A DNA stretch of 64,000 bases from Ignavibacteriota bacterium (GCA_963787835.1 CAWBEI010000002.1:149859-213858), one strand, 5' to 3'; counted from the first letter of the stretch, positions 1-8,850 are shown. A program made the numbers and translations. The notes: a model not told the origin generated them from the letters alone.

Positions 1-547
1 TGCCCCGGACCTTCAAACGTAATTATATCAAAACCATGTTCAAAAAAATATAGCTGATGCCCAAACAACTCCTCAATATAACTGTCGAAACCTCCGAAGA
101 AAATAATAGTTCCGATGGGCGATTCCGGCGTGAACCGGTATGCACTCATGGTGATTTTCTCATACGGGATGTTGAAATGCTGCGTATCCTGTATTTGGTA
201 ATACTCCTTCATCCACTGTATGTAACGAAGGCGGCTTGCATCTTTCCTGCCGTCGTCGGGAAACATAAAAAATTCGGCTGAACGCAGATAACATGCAGCA
301 TGTAGCAGGCGGTTTTGCACGTATGCTTTTTCGGAAAGAGCCAAAAATTCACGGGTATAATCGGCATAGTTGTGGATAAGTGGGGTTACTTCCCTCATCT
401 CATCAAGCATCTGTTCCGAACCGTCAGAGAACCGGTTCATTTGATAATTGAGACTAATATCGGGGTGGATGGTATAATACCCAATATTAAATCCTTCTTT
501 AACTCTAACTACGGTCGTTTTTTTAGGATCTAAAGTTTCCGTTTTCA
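1..547 (-). CDS. alpha/beta-hydrolase fold protein (partial; C-terminus runs off the window start)
   Basis: Own translation of the reverse strand from the ATG at 545-547. It gives MKTETLDPKKTTVVRVKEGFNIGYYTIHPD...IIFFGGFDSYIEELFGHQLYFFEHGFDIITFEGPG with no stop before position 1. It is absent from the ORF track, presumably because no stop lies in the window. The motifs are hydrolase-like. Confidence 0.5.
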
Positions 548-570
548 TTTTATTTTGTTTTACCTGTGTG

Positions 571-1239
571 TTAATAACATACTTCTACCCTGGCCTTAAA
601 AGTTTTTTCGTCGTTCAAATGAGTTACCATGTAATCGGCAAGGTCGGCGCGCGAAATACTAGATGGGTTGCGTAAATGTTCATTGATGGCTATTCTATAT
701 TTTCCGGTTCGCTTATTATTAGTGAGCCGTGGAGCACGAATAACGGTCCAATCCAAATCAGATTTGCTAAGCACTTTTTCCATCCGTAACATGTCAGCAT
801 AAATATATTTGAATAACCGTTGTAAAATATATTTTACGACAAACTTCATTATGAAAGAACTTTTTGGGGGAATGATTACCGCGCCAGCCGTTATACAAAC
901 GATACGCTTAATCCCTGCTTTTTCCATGACCGTAACGATGTTACTTACTCCTTGTGAATAAACGGTGGTGGGCTTTTTTCTAGGGCTTCCTAAACACGAA
1001 ATAATAGCATCTTTCCCTTTCACTGCATCTTCAAAAGTAGCTGGCTGAAGTACATCTCCTTTAATAATTTCCAGATCCTTATTAGTGAGGGGAAAAGCAT
1101 CGGGATTCCGAACAATAACGGTAACCCGATAACCTGCTTCGAGTGCTTGCCGTGCAATAAGTTTGCCTGTTCCGCCCGTGGACCCGAATACCATTATGGT
1201 TTTCATCGTTGTTTTGTTTAGCGCCGATGTTTCAGTCAT
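571..1239 (-). CDS. NAD(P)H-binding NmrA/BVR-B-like oxidoreductase (likely real start at 1206, MKTIMVFGSTGGTGK)
   Basis: A Rossmann GxxGxxG motif sits at the N-terminus (FGSTGGTGKLIARQALEAGYRVTVIVR). Length is ~210 aa. Confidence 0.7.
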   Translation of the reverse strand: MTETSALNKTTMKTIMVFGSTGGTGKLIARQALEAGYRVTVIVRNPDAFPLTNKDLEIIKGDVLQPATFEDAVKGKDAIISCLGSPRKKPTTVYSQGVSNIVTVMEKAGIKRIVCITAGAVIIPPKSSFIMKFVVKYILQRLFKYIYADMLRMEKVLSKSDLDWTVIRAPRLTNNKRTGKYRIAINEHLRNPSSISRADLADYMVTHLNDEKTFKARVEVCY

Positions 1240-1281
1240 CCTTTTGTGTTAAATTTTAATCTTCACCGCTTGAAGAAAGGA

Positions 1282-1722
1282 TTAGGAATATAGATGGTGA
1301 GCTGTACCAGCTTCCGTAAGGGTCAATAAATCAAAGTATTCTCTAACTTCAACTAACTTACCTTCGTGAACTTCACACATTAGCATAATTGGCAGTTCGA
1401 ATTTTGTGCCCGGAGCAGGCCTCTGGGATGAAGTCGATGGCCACTTATCGGTAACGATTCCCGTATGCACATATTCCCAGCAGAGCTTTGTTCCTTCGGC
1501 ATTGGTGAAAACGTTTGTTGGCTTAATGCCCAGACCGTCACCGTGTTTCCTTGCCGCTACTGAACGGTTTGCGAGTTCCAGCATTTTATCAATTCCGATG
1601 AATGTTTCTCCGGTTGCCATTATTTTCCACTTGCCATCCGAGGCAAGAAGTTTTTTCCATCCTTCAATGTCATCGGAAGTAAATGCGGCAGTAAAAGCTT
1701 TTGCTAATTCGTCAGTGTTCAT
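1282..1722 (-). CDS. SnoaL-like / NTF2-like domain protein
   Basis: 146 aa. The pattern resembles the ketosteroid-isomerase-like fold. There is no signal peptide. Confidence 0.5.
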   Translation of the reverse strand: MNTDELAKAFTAAFTSDDIEGWKKLLASDGKWKIMATGETFIGIDKMLELANRSVAARKHGDGLGIKPTNVFTNAEGTKLCWEYVHTGIVTDKWPSTSSQRPAPGTKFELPIMLMCEVHEGKLVEVREYFDLLTLTEAGTAHHLYS

Positions 1723-1834
1723 TGGTTTTATAGTCCTTTTTATAGGATTAAGTGTAAAAGTAATTGCAAAAGCCCCGCCATAGGGCGGAGCTTATTGCAA
1801 TGCGATTTTCACCCCCTCGGAATAATCCGAGAAG

Positions 1835-1884
1835 GAGAAATTGGAAATGGTCAAATATGAATTCATAGCATTTCCAATTTCCTC
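1835..1884. promoter_or_regulatory. strong nested palindrome (13-bp perfect arms gaaattggaaatg / catttccaatttc around an internal tatgaattcata palindrome)
   Basis: Seen directly in the sequence. It is intergenic, between the stop of 1926..2138 and the start of 1282..1722. No U-tract follows it. Confidence 0.45.
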
Positions 1885-1925
1885 GATACGTTGAGTGATT
1901 AAAAATAGTAGTCTGCTACGCTAAT

Positions 1926-2138
1926 TTAGCGAGCTGTGACATCTTTATTTTCTTTCACGACCTCTTTGTTTTGTGTCCCAACTGGTTGATCTCCACCGAC
2001 GCTTTTGGGTGCCGAATTGCTGCTTCCTGCCGAGCTGGTTTGCCCGACTGGAGTGGTGGCTTTCTGCTCCGTGCTGGATGTGGATGTGCTCGGAGTCGAT
2101 GATGCGCTGGCGATAGGAGTTGATGTTGAATTATTCAT
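1926..2138 (-). CDS. hypothetical Ser/Thr-rich small protein
   Basis: 70-aa ORF of low complexity (STPIASASSTPSTSTSST). Its coding status is uncertain. Confidence 0.3.
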   Translation of the reverse strand: MNNSTSTPIASASSTPSTSTSSTEQKATTPVGQTSSAGSSNSAPKSVGGDQPVGTQNKEVVKENKDVTAR

Positions 2139-2252
2139 TGTATATTTTTATTGTTTAAAGAGAGCATACAATATTGTGTGCCCTAAAAGTTGTAGTTGAA
2201 TTGTGGCTAGAACCGTATCCCGCTGCAATATCGAGTGATCCCATACGTTTTA

Positions 2253-2321
2253 TCAGATGTGGCAGCTACCCACGACGAACAACGTGGCTAAAACGACTAA
2301 AACGATTACAACGATATACAT
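2253..2321 (-). CDS. tiny hydrophobic peptide ORF (MYIVVIVLVVLATLFVVGSCHI), copy 1 of a tandem pair
   Basis: Own translation. An SD-like aagaaggg lies ~9 nt upstream of the ATG. The paralog at 2445..2516 differs from it partly by synonymous changes. Confidence 0.45.
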   Translation of the reverse strand: MYIVVIVLVVLATLFVVGSCHI

Positions 2322-2444
2322 AATAGTTACCCTTCTTAAATTAATGTTATTGTGATATTATTGGTATTTCATTTATGGATAAAAACCGAATTCCCGCTGC
2401 AATATCGAATCTTCATCGTCTTGCACCGATATGATCCATAACCT

Positions 2445-2516
2445 TTAACAGGCGTGGCAGCTACCGACGACGAACAACGTGGCCAAAACGACTATAACGA
2501 TCCAGAGTATATTCAT
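2445..2516 (-). CDS. tiny hydrophobic peptide ORF (MNILWIVIVVLATLFVVGSCHAC), copy 2 of a tandem pair
   Basis: Own translation. An SD-like aagaaagg lies upstream. It sits immediately downstream of the small OMP gene on the same strand. Confidence 0.45.
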   Translation of the reverse strand: MNILWIVIVVLATLFVVGSCHAC

Positions 2517-2564
2517 AATAGTTACCTTTCTTCGCGTAATGCTTATATGATTCCGGTATTTTAT

Positions 2565-3074
2565 TTAAGGATAAAACCGGATACCTGCTGCAGCATCAAG
2601 CCCTGCTCCCGTTGGCGAAAGCCCGATGATCGGACCAAGCTCGAAAAATATTTCAATCGGCGATCGTTCTGGAATGATGTTCAATCCGAACATCACGCGG
2701 GCTGCGATGCCCATACTATTATCGCTGCTATAAAATTCGCGGCCACCATAGATACCGTTCCCATCGCCGAAGGCAAGGCAAAGCCCCGGTCCGGCGAACA
2801 TTTTGACCACACGACTATTGAAGACATCGAAATGCCAAAGATAGTCGCCATCGAGGCGAGTCGGACCGAAGTCCGACTCGCCGATGTCGAATGTGAACGC
2901 ATTGACGGGGTTCGTCCATATTTTAATGGTAGCCCCCAGAGGATCGAACACGACCAGGCCGAATCCGAAGGTTCGACCATCGGGCCCCTGAGCACGGCTT
3001 TCGCTCGAGCCGAGCATCAGGGTTAATAACCCGACGGCCAAAATCTTTGCGCTTATTTTATTGAATGTTCTCAT
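2565..3074 (-). CDS. small outer-membrane beta-barrel protein (OmpW/porin-like)
   Basis: It has a signal peptide (MRTFNKISAKILAVGLLTLMLGSSESRAQ), alternating beta-strand character and a C-terminal aromatic residue (…GIRFYP). Confidence 0.55.
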   Translation of the reverse strand: MRTFNKISAKILAVGLLTLMLGSSESRAQGPDGRTFGFGLVVFDPLGATIKIWTNPVNAFTFDIGESDFGPTRLDGDYLWHFDVFNSRVVKMFAGPGLCLAFGDGNGIYGGREFYSSDNSMGIAARVMFGLNIIPERSPIEIFFELGPIIGLSPTGAGLDAAAGIRFYP

Positions 3075-3101
3075 GCGATTCCTTGCGTGTTTCAGGTGTG
3101 A

Positions 3102-4340
3102 TTATTGACACGCCTGAACGACCATCACCGAAATGCGGCGGTTCTGCGTGCGTTCTGCTTCGAGGTCCGAAGCCGATACGTCCGTTCGTTCGCGAACGGC
3201 TGGACGTGTGTCGCCATAGCCGATCGTGCGGGTGATCTTGTCCGGACTTACCCCTTGCGCGATCAGCCAGTCATGAATGCGCGTTGCACGACGCTCGGAG
3301 AGTTCCTGGTTATGCTCATGAGTCCCTTCCTCGCTTGCATACCCTTGAATCTCGACCTTGAGGTTCGGGCATTGATCGACCAAGGCTTTGATGTGGTAGA
3401 GATGACCCATATTATTTGGCTCCGCATTGTTGAACTGATCGCTGTTCACAATAAATAACGTCCCCGGGAAGTTAAATACAGTGTTGATCTTCGGATTCGT
3501 CAAATAGACGGTATCAGTCGGGTTCTGAATATACAGCGTATCGGTGTGATAGATGTTGTTATCCGTGCGGTAGTTATTCGTGTTATAGTTATTTGTTGTG
3601 TTTCCCTGGTATGGGGCGGGCGCAACCGGCACATCGGGCGAGAAGAGAACCACGCTGAACCCGAGACCCATGCTTAGGTATGCATCCTGGCTGTAAGCGG
3701 CTGGATTCGAGTAATCGTCAAGCCAATCGGTTCCTGTTAAGTGTATAAGTCCCTTGCCAACAAAAGCAACCTTGGGAGTAATGTAGTATTCAAAACCTAC
3801 GCCCAGGACACCGCCAACGACGTTTTTGCTATATGCATTGATGGCATTGTTTCTCAACGGGGTCGGAGATCCATCATCCGGTTGGAAGTTGAGTAGCTCT
3901 AATCCACCTACGAAATAGGGAACGAACGTTTGCGATGGAAAGACGTTGCCTGACAACATAAGATCCCATCCGCCAACGCGAGTTTGGTTTGTTGAGCCGA
4001 CCGGACCACCATCCGCGCCAGCGTTACCACTGCCTACGCCAGTTCCGGGGAGTAGATACTCGTTAGCAATGCTTTGTGTGGTGGATTTATAATGCAACAC
4101 ACCGCCATTATAGGCAGCATGAAGCGATAGCCAATCAAGGATGTTCCATCGGATGAATGCGTCGCCCTGCAAGGAAAACAGGTCGCCCGTATAATTACCG
4201 TAGTATTTATCACCTCCGGCATCGAAGCCGAAGGAAAGACTGCCAGGGATGACCTGTGCATGAGCCTTGGTGCCCATGAGGCCGAGCACACCGATTACAA
4301 GCAGCGCAAAGCTGCGATTCTTTAGATTTAGATTTTTCAC
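3102..4340 (-). CDS. OmpA-family outer membrane protein
   Basis: It has a signal peptide and an N-terminal beta-barrel region. The C-terminal OmpA_C domain is present (NAEPNNMGHL…LSERRATRIHDWLIAQGVSPDKI…RRISV). Confidence 0.8.
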   Translation of the reverse strand: MKNLNLKNRSFALLVIGVLGLMGTKAHAQVIPGSLSFGFDAGGDKYYGNYTGDLFSLQGDAFIRWNILDWLSLHAAYNGGVLHYKSTTQSIANEYLLPGTGVGSGNAGADGGPVGSTNQTRVGGWDLMLSGNVFPSQTFVPYFVGGLELLNFQPDDGSPTPLRNNAINAYSKNVVGGVLGVGFEYYITPKVAFVGKGLIHLTGTDWLDDYSNPAAYSQDAYLSMGLGFSVVLFSPDVPVAPAPYQGNTTNNYNTNNYRTDNNIYHTDTLYIQNPTDTVYLTNPKINTVFNFPGTLFIVNSDQFNNAEPNNMGHLYHIKALVDQCPNLKVEIQGYASEEGTHEHNQELSERRATRIHDWLIAQGVSPDKITRTIGYGDTRPAVRERTDVSASDLEAERTQNRRISVMVVQACQ

Positions 4341-4570
4341 GATTTTTTACTGTTTATGATAAAATGAGTTGAGTGAGCATTGCGCGTTCGAAGACGCAAG
4401 TGAAGAACCGACCCTTAGAGGTCTGGCTACTTACAAATAAGGCTTAGTAGAAGACGAATTGATTAGAGTCTGAATGATCGATCATCCAGATAGTTCCAAT
4501 CCGTTCTGCTCGAACAGGGTCTTGTGAGTAAGGAACAAACACCGTCGGCGATGGGCCTTCAATAGTTGTT

Positions 4571-4656
4571 CTCATAATTCTCTGATACAAAGTTACGGAA
4601 AGGGGCGTTGGAATGTGTTACAAAATTTTAGAAATAAGTTACATAATTCACACATT
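4571..4656. promoter_or_regulatory. conserved intergenic element copy 1 (core GTGTTACAAAATTTTAGAAATAAGTTACATAATTCACACATT at 4615-4656)
   Basis: One of six copies. It is ~275 bp 5' of the minus-strand OmpA-family gene and just 3' of 4730..4933. Confidence 0.5.
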
Positions 4657-4729
4657 CCGGTCGTTAGTTCGGCGCATGGGTTTCTCCTATCCCCATACGC
4701 CGAGGAATAACGATCGTTGGGTGTTATCC

Positions 4730-4933
4730 TTATCGGATATGAACCCCCAAGACGACTTTAGCGTGGTGACGACGGCGACGGCGGCGATGATGACGATAAT
4801 GAGGTGCAACCCTGACGCCTACGCCTACTCGGACTTGGCTTGCACTTGCGCTCGTAGTCCCAGAAGCGGTGAACTGCACCATTCCGAAGGCTAAAGCACA
4901 GAAAACGATCAGCCTGATTGTTAGATGTTTCAT
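4730..4933 (-). CDS. small secreted peptide with His/Arg-rich tail
   Basis: The signal peptide is MKHLTIRLIVFCALAFGMVQFTASG. The tail is HYRHHRRRRRRHH. Conserved element copy 2 lies ~110 bp upstream. Confidence 0.35.
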   Translation of the reverse strand: MKHLTIRLIVFCALAFGMVQFTASGTTSASASQVRVGVGVRVAPHYRHHRRRRRRHHAKVVLGVHIR

Positions 4934-5001
4934 TGTGTAGTTATGATTTAGATATATAAAGATAATATTTGTATGTGGAAGAATGTTTTCAATGAATTCC
5001 T

Positions 5002-5087
5002 CTCATATTTCTCTGGTACAAACTTACGGATTGAAGACATAAAATGTGTTACAAAATTTTAGAAATAAGTTACATAATTCACACATT
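5002..5087. promoter_or_regulatory. conserved intergenic element copy 2 (core 5046-5087)
   Basis: It is nearly identical to copy 1 over ~85 bp (ctcatatttctctggtacaaacttacgga…). Confidence 0.5.
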
Positions 5088-5152
5088 GAAGACCCCGCCG
5101 GTAAGGTGGGACCCCATGCCCCACCTCTTGTGAAATACAATACAATAAGTTA

Positions 5153-5872
5153 CTATCGTTTTCCGCCGCCCTTGGGCGCTCCGCCGCCTCTCGAAGCACC
5201 ACCACCTTTAGGGGCTGCGGCAGGCTTCACGTATCCTCTCCCATAATTTAAATTCTTGCTCGCAGCCGGCATGGAAGGAGTGATGGACTTCATTGGCACT
5301 TCATGTGCTACACGATGATATGTCGCAGGCGCATGATCGTTCTGGACCGGCCGCTGCATGAACGTCACGCGGTTACTATTCTCATTGAATGCTCGAGGAA
5401 CGAGCCGGTGACCTGGCGCAGTGTTCGTGACGATCCGGTTGCGAACGACAATGTCCGTGTAATTATCGTACCCATGCGATGGATAATTTCTGCGATAATA
5501 CCCCTCGTTCATCCACGGGCGAGAAATATTGCGGTCGATGAGCACCATAAACGCACCGCCCAGGTCAATACCTGCATATTGAGGTGGCAAGCCCTCGCTG
5601 TAGATCCACTCGCCGTTGGGGCCAGCGTACCAGAACTGACCATCCCACACGTCATAATACATATCGTAATCGGGAAGGTAATAATAACGCACGGAACTGG
5701 TATTGTCGTACGGTGGCGCCCATGATGGCGGTACATAGTTCTGAACATCGATGGAGGCGCCGATGCGGATCTGAGCCTCGCTTGAGTTTGTATAGAATGC
5801 GAGTGCGAATGTGAGCGCCAGAAAAACGGACGTTCTTCGTAACCGTAGGGATAGAATAGAATGTATTTTCAT
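5153..5872 (-). CDS. secreted hypothetical protein with Gly/Lys-rich C-terminus
   Basis: It has a signal peptide (…FALAFYTNSSEAQ). It is Tyr/Trp-rich and ends in a PKGGGASRGGGAPKGGGKR tail. Confidence 0.45.
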   Translation of the reverse strand: MKIHSILSLRLRRTSVFLALTFALAFYTNSSEAQIRIGASIDVQNYVPPSWAPPYDNTSSVRYYYLPDYDMYYDVWDGQFWYAGPNGEWIYSEGLPPQYAGIDLGGAFMVLIDRNISRPWMNEGYYRRNYPSHGYDNYTDIVVRNRIVTNTAPGHRLVPRAFNENSNRVTFMQRPVQNDHAPATYHRVAHEVPMKSITPSMPAASKNLNYGRGYVKPAAAPKGGGASRGGGAPKGGGKR

Positions 5873-5943
5873 AAGTATTATGTATTGTAACTGTTATAAT
5901 AGCGTTGGGGATATGATTTTTGATTGATTAACGACGTGTTCTG

Positions 5944-6186
5944 TCAGAAGAATAACTCTGGAATGTTGTCGTCATAATGCTTATCTACAAAGATTTGTCG
6001 TTGGGATTCAGATAGTGCAGCATCATCGGATGATGTCGCTGCACTCTTTTCAAATTCTGAATCTGTCGGAGGGTTCAAATTACTTGGAAGGTTTCCAAGA
6101 ATCTCGGATCTGGAATTCCGATGCTGGACCTCGTGATAACCAAGAAGCTGCATGAGACTGCGATTTCTTGAAGTACTATTTTTCAT
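5944..6186 (-). CDS. hypothetical protein
   Basis: 80-aa ORF in a co-directional gene array. No recognisable motif was found. Confidence 0.25.
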   Translation of the reverse strand: MKNSTSRNRSLMQLLGYHEVQHRNSRSEILGNLPSNLNPPTDSEFEKSAATSSDDAALSESQRQIFVDKHYDDNIPELFF

Positions 6187-6202
6187 AATTTTCTATATAT
6201 TA

Positions 6203-6505
6203 TTAATCAATAGAGAAATCGGTCGCCGAACTGATCCTGGATTTTATCTCACTTTTCAGCGATTCAAGCTTTTCCGTGAAGGCATCGCTCAGTTGCCCGA
6301 TACGATCTTCGATTGTTTCGGCTACATCATCAATAACGCCTTCCCCTTTGCGGCGAATAACTCTCCGCAACACGCTCCCCTTATAGGGAGAATAAAGCAT
6401 TCCCGCCGCAGCACCGATGGCCGCACCGGCTAAAAGACCGAGCAGGAGATTTCCACCGCTGTTCATGGAGTTCGAGTTGTGTCCGCAATGTTTGCATTGT
6501 TCCAT
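6203..6505 (-). CDS. YtxH-like protein (general-stress type)
   Basis: It has a Gly-rich amphipathic N-terminal segment (LLLGLLAGAAIGAAAGMLYSP) followed by a coiled-coil tail. An N-terminal CxxC is present. Confidence 0.45.
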   Translation of the reverse strand: MEQCKHCGHNSNSMNSGGNLLLGLLAGAAIGAAAGMLYSPYKGSVLRRVIRRKGEGVIDDVAETIEDRIGQLSDAFTEKLESLKSEIKSRISSATDFSID

Positions 6506-6660
6506 TAGAGCACCCTCCTTCCGCTGATAACTCTCATAATAATCGCAATGATCGCGATGACCAGGAGGATGTGGATCAGCGCACCTGCGCCATACACGAG
6601 GAACCCGAGTGCCCAGGCAATAATTAGGATTACTGCAACCAAGTATAATAAACTTCCCAT
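6505..6660 (-). CDS. lmo0937-family small membrane protein (51 aa)
   Basis: Own translation gives MGSLLYLVAVILIIAWALGFLVYGAGALIHILLVIAIIAIIMRVISGRRVL. It is not in the ORF track because it is under 60 aa. Confidence 0.5.
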   Translation of the reverse strand: MGSLLYLVAVILIIAWALGFLVYGAGALIHILLVIAIIAIIMRVISGRRVL

Positions 6661-6703
6661 AATGATTGTTTTAAATAAGTGAATAAAAATGTATTGAAAT
6701 GGC

Positions 6704-7117
6704 TCATTCGTAGCCGCTTTTGATGACCGTGAGGATCATTTTGAACCGCTCGTTGGCTCGAAAAATATTGGATTTGTGCGCAGGCAGAACGATACCCTCG
6801 CCCGTTTCAAGTAAATTCGATACGCCATCAATGACGATCTCGGCCTTGCCATCGATGATCTGAGCGAAGCTATCGAACGGTGAGGTTTTTTCCGTCAGGC
6901 CTTCACCCGTATCCAGCGACATGACGCTGATATTGCCCGTAGATTTCTTGATAATTGTTTTGCTAAGTACTGCATTCGGCACATACTCGATAATTTCCAC
7001 TATAATTACTCCTTTCGATTTTTCTAATTCATACGAATTTTTACTAATGGCCAGGTCTATCATGGGACTACTGACAACTTTTTTGCTTTCTAATTTTATG
7101 GGTTCGCTTTTTTTCAT
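6704..7117 (-). CDS. cupin-domain protein
   Basis: 137 aa. The pattern resembles a small beta-barrel of the cupin type. Confidence 0.4.
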   Translation of the reverse strand: MKKSEPIKLESKKVVSSPMIDLAISKNSYELEKSKGVIIVEIIEYVPNAVLSKTIIKKSTGNISVMSLDTGEGLTEKTSPFDSFAQIIDGKAEIVIDGVSNLLETGEGIVLPAHKSNIFRANERFKMILTVIKSGYE

Positions 7118-7135
7118 TTTAATAGGAGCAATGCA

Positions 7136-7738
7136 TTATTTAACGAAGAGCAAATTGTAATTCAAAACCAGCACATCGCCAACCTTCATCGTGCCCAAAA
7201 GGAAAGATGGTCGCTGGATATTATAATCTGAGAGATAGAGCGGCAGCGAGCCGGTGCATAAGATCGTGCCATCCTTATTGATGCACGCCGACGTTTTTAG
7301 TGTAGTAGGCTGGGTCACACCAGCCATCGTAAGATTACCATGAAGTAAGATCAGATAATGCTCGCTTCCACTTTTTATGAACATAGCAGAAGTCAGTTCA
7401 AAAACGATGTCCTTGAATTTATCCTCTTTTAGAGCTTTATAAGCACTCTTTTCCATTCCACGGTCTTCACTCATGAGATTGTGTACCGGCAAATTCAAGG
7501 AAAATTCCGAAACCGCACGTAGCTCATTATTCTCGCCGAAGCTAAATTTCGCAGAACCCGTGAACGCATGAGCAGTCATGCCCCAGTTATGCAACGGAGC
7601 AGTTCCTTTGATATTGATGACCGAATTGCTATCGACCGTGTAATTCGTTTGAGCATTTGTTGCATGAGGAAATGCAAAGCAAATCGTAAAACCGATGAGG
7701 AGGATAACTTTAAGTCTTACGATAGTGTCCGTTTTCAT
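7136..7738 (-). CDS. YceI-like periplasmic protein
   Basis: It has a signal peptide and YceI-like motifs (…HNWGMTAHAF…). It is a paralog of 8870..9469. Confidence 0.6.
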   Translation of the reverse strand: MKTDTIVRLKVILLIGFTICFAFPHATNAQTNYTVDSNSVINIKGTAPLHNWGMTAHAFTGSAKFSFGENNELRAVSEFSLNLPVHNLMSEDRGMEKSAYKALKEDKFKDIVFELTSAMFIKSGSEHYLILLHGNLTMAGVTQPTTLKTSACINKDGTILCTGSLPLYLSDYNIQRPSFLLGTMKVGDVLVLNYNLLFVK

Positions 7739-7750
7739 TAGATGGCAAAA

Positions 7751-7813
7751 ATACGGAGATCATCATCTGAAAGTGTTACAAAATTTTAGAAAAAAGTTAC
7801 ATAATTCACACAT
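7751..7813. promoter_or_regulatory. conserved intergenic element copy 3 (core 7773-7813)
   Basis: It is ~35 bp 5' of the YceI-like start codon. Confidence 0.5.
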
Positions 7814-7827
7814 TTTTCAAATTACGA

Positions 7828-8601
7828 TCACTTTGGTGACGGTTCAGGATTCTTCCCATAAATAATGACCTCTGTTTCGACAGGAGTTGTGCGAAACAAC
7901 TCGTCAGCAGCAAACATCGGAAGCCGGATGCAACCGTGGCTCCCTGGTATCGAAGGGACGCTGGGTTCGCCGTGTACGGCAAAACCGCCCGTAATGTACA
8001 TTGGGTCGAACATAATCCCCAGTGGACTTTTTTTCCAGCCCGTCACTTTGTGATAGATCTTAAATTTCCCGCGCGGCGTCCTGGCATATTCATTACCTTT
8101 TCCGGGATAATGGAATCGCTGTCCCGTGCCGGTCGAAACCGGCAGAACATGTACGACTCGATCGGTCGAATCCACAACGAGCAGGACTTGATCGTCGAGA
8201 TCGACTTCAAGATGATACGCATGGATAGAATCGTTTGGAACCGGAATAGATGAGCACATTATTTCCGCGATCGTCGAATCCGTAAGTGTCCCCGTTCGCG
8301 ATAGGCCGGAAAGCTTCTGAAATGCTACAATTGCCTGACGGTTTGCATCTTCCTTAGGCGAATAGGTCTTGCCGGCCCAGAAGTGAAGTTCGTAAAGCTG
8401 TGCGATAGCATAATCAATCCTCTCGTTTTGCAGAATGTTCGCAAATTGTCTTGCTACTGTTGACGATGCTGAATCAGCATGCGATGACTGTTGAGCAATC
8501 GCAGGATAGCTGCAAAGTACAAAAGAGAGTAAAAGAACATACCGCGTAGTTCTCAGCATTAATTCGTGGATATACTGGAAGGAGATTGATGGCAGCATCA
8601 T
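7828..8601 (-). CDS. L,D-transpeptidase (YkuD domain) with PG-binding domain
   Basis: The catalytic motif SHGCIRLP is present. A PG_binding_1-like segment is present (IVAFQKLSGLSRTGTLTD). It has a signal peptide. Confidence 0.75.
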   Translation of the reverse strand: MMLPSISFQYIHELMLRTTRYVLLLSFVLCSYPAIAQQSSHADSASSTVARQFANILQNERIDYAIAQLYELHFWAGKTYSPKEDANRQAIVAFQKLSGLSRTGTLTDSTIAEIMCSSIPVPNDSIHAYHLEVDLDDQVLLVVDSTDRVVHVLPVSTGTGQRFHYPGKGNEYARTPRGKFKIYHKVTGWKKSPLGIMFDPMYITGGFAVHGEPSVPSIPGSHGCIRLPMFAADELFRTTPVETEVIIYGKNPEPSPK

Positions 8602-8625
8602 GGATGATGTGCATCATGGTTGATG

Positions 8626-8850
8626 CTATGGCGCGACATTTTCTGGGACAGGCTGGCGCCGCTGACCACGCGGGCCTACCGACAGATCTTCACTCGCGAT
8701 ATAGATCACCATGGCAGTAACCATAAGGACTAAGAATACCCAAAAGCGCCAATCATGGTGAATGCGTCTCCATCGAGGCCGATGTGCTTCGATGGTGCTG
8801 TCGGTGCTTGGCCTTCCGGACTCGTTGTGATGATGTTTCGAATTTTTCAT
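8626..8850 (-). CDS. small membrane protein, hypothetical
   Basis: It has one TM segment (FWVFLVLMVTAMVIYIA). Confidence 0.3.
   Translation of the reverse strand: MKNSKHHHNESGRPSTDSTIEAHRPRWRRIHHDWRFWVFLVLMVTAMVIYIASEDLSVGPRGQRRQPVPENVAP

Larger units (their letters stand above)
2200..2600. repeat. tandem ~175-195-bp repeat (about 2.2 units)
   Basis: Each unit contains a fragment resembling the 3' end of the OMP gene (…IAAGIRF…), a spacer with an RBS, and a peptide ORF. The units begin at about 2218 and 2391, and the true OMP 3' end is at 2565-2600. Confidence 0.8.

Noticed and set aside
2200-2600. Possible CRISPR array
   Set aside because: The repeat units are ~190 bp, with no short regular spacers and no cas genes. 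It is a tandem segmental duplication.
2454-3026. Antisense ORFs overlapping well-supported genes (e.g. 2454..3026+, 2693..2995-, 3105..3458+, 9824..10409+, 11067..11561-, 18014..18634+, 31035..31466-, 57013..57690-, 57222..58295+, 59319..59774-, 49761..50279-)
   Set aside because: Each lies entirely within a CDS with clear family signatures on the other strand. They lack motifs, and their high-GC codon usage gives long random ORFs.
4613-4894. Plus-strand ORFs beginning inside copies of the conserved element (4613..4894 MCYKILEISYIIHTF…, 5046..5246, 10705..10905, 13669..13884 …KILGKSYKIHTF…)
   Set aside because: Their similar N-terminal 'peptides' are simply translations of the repeated DNA element. 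They overlap better-supported minus-strand genes and have no RBS or context of their own.
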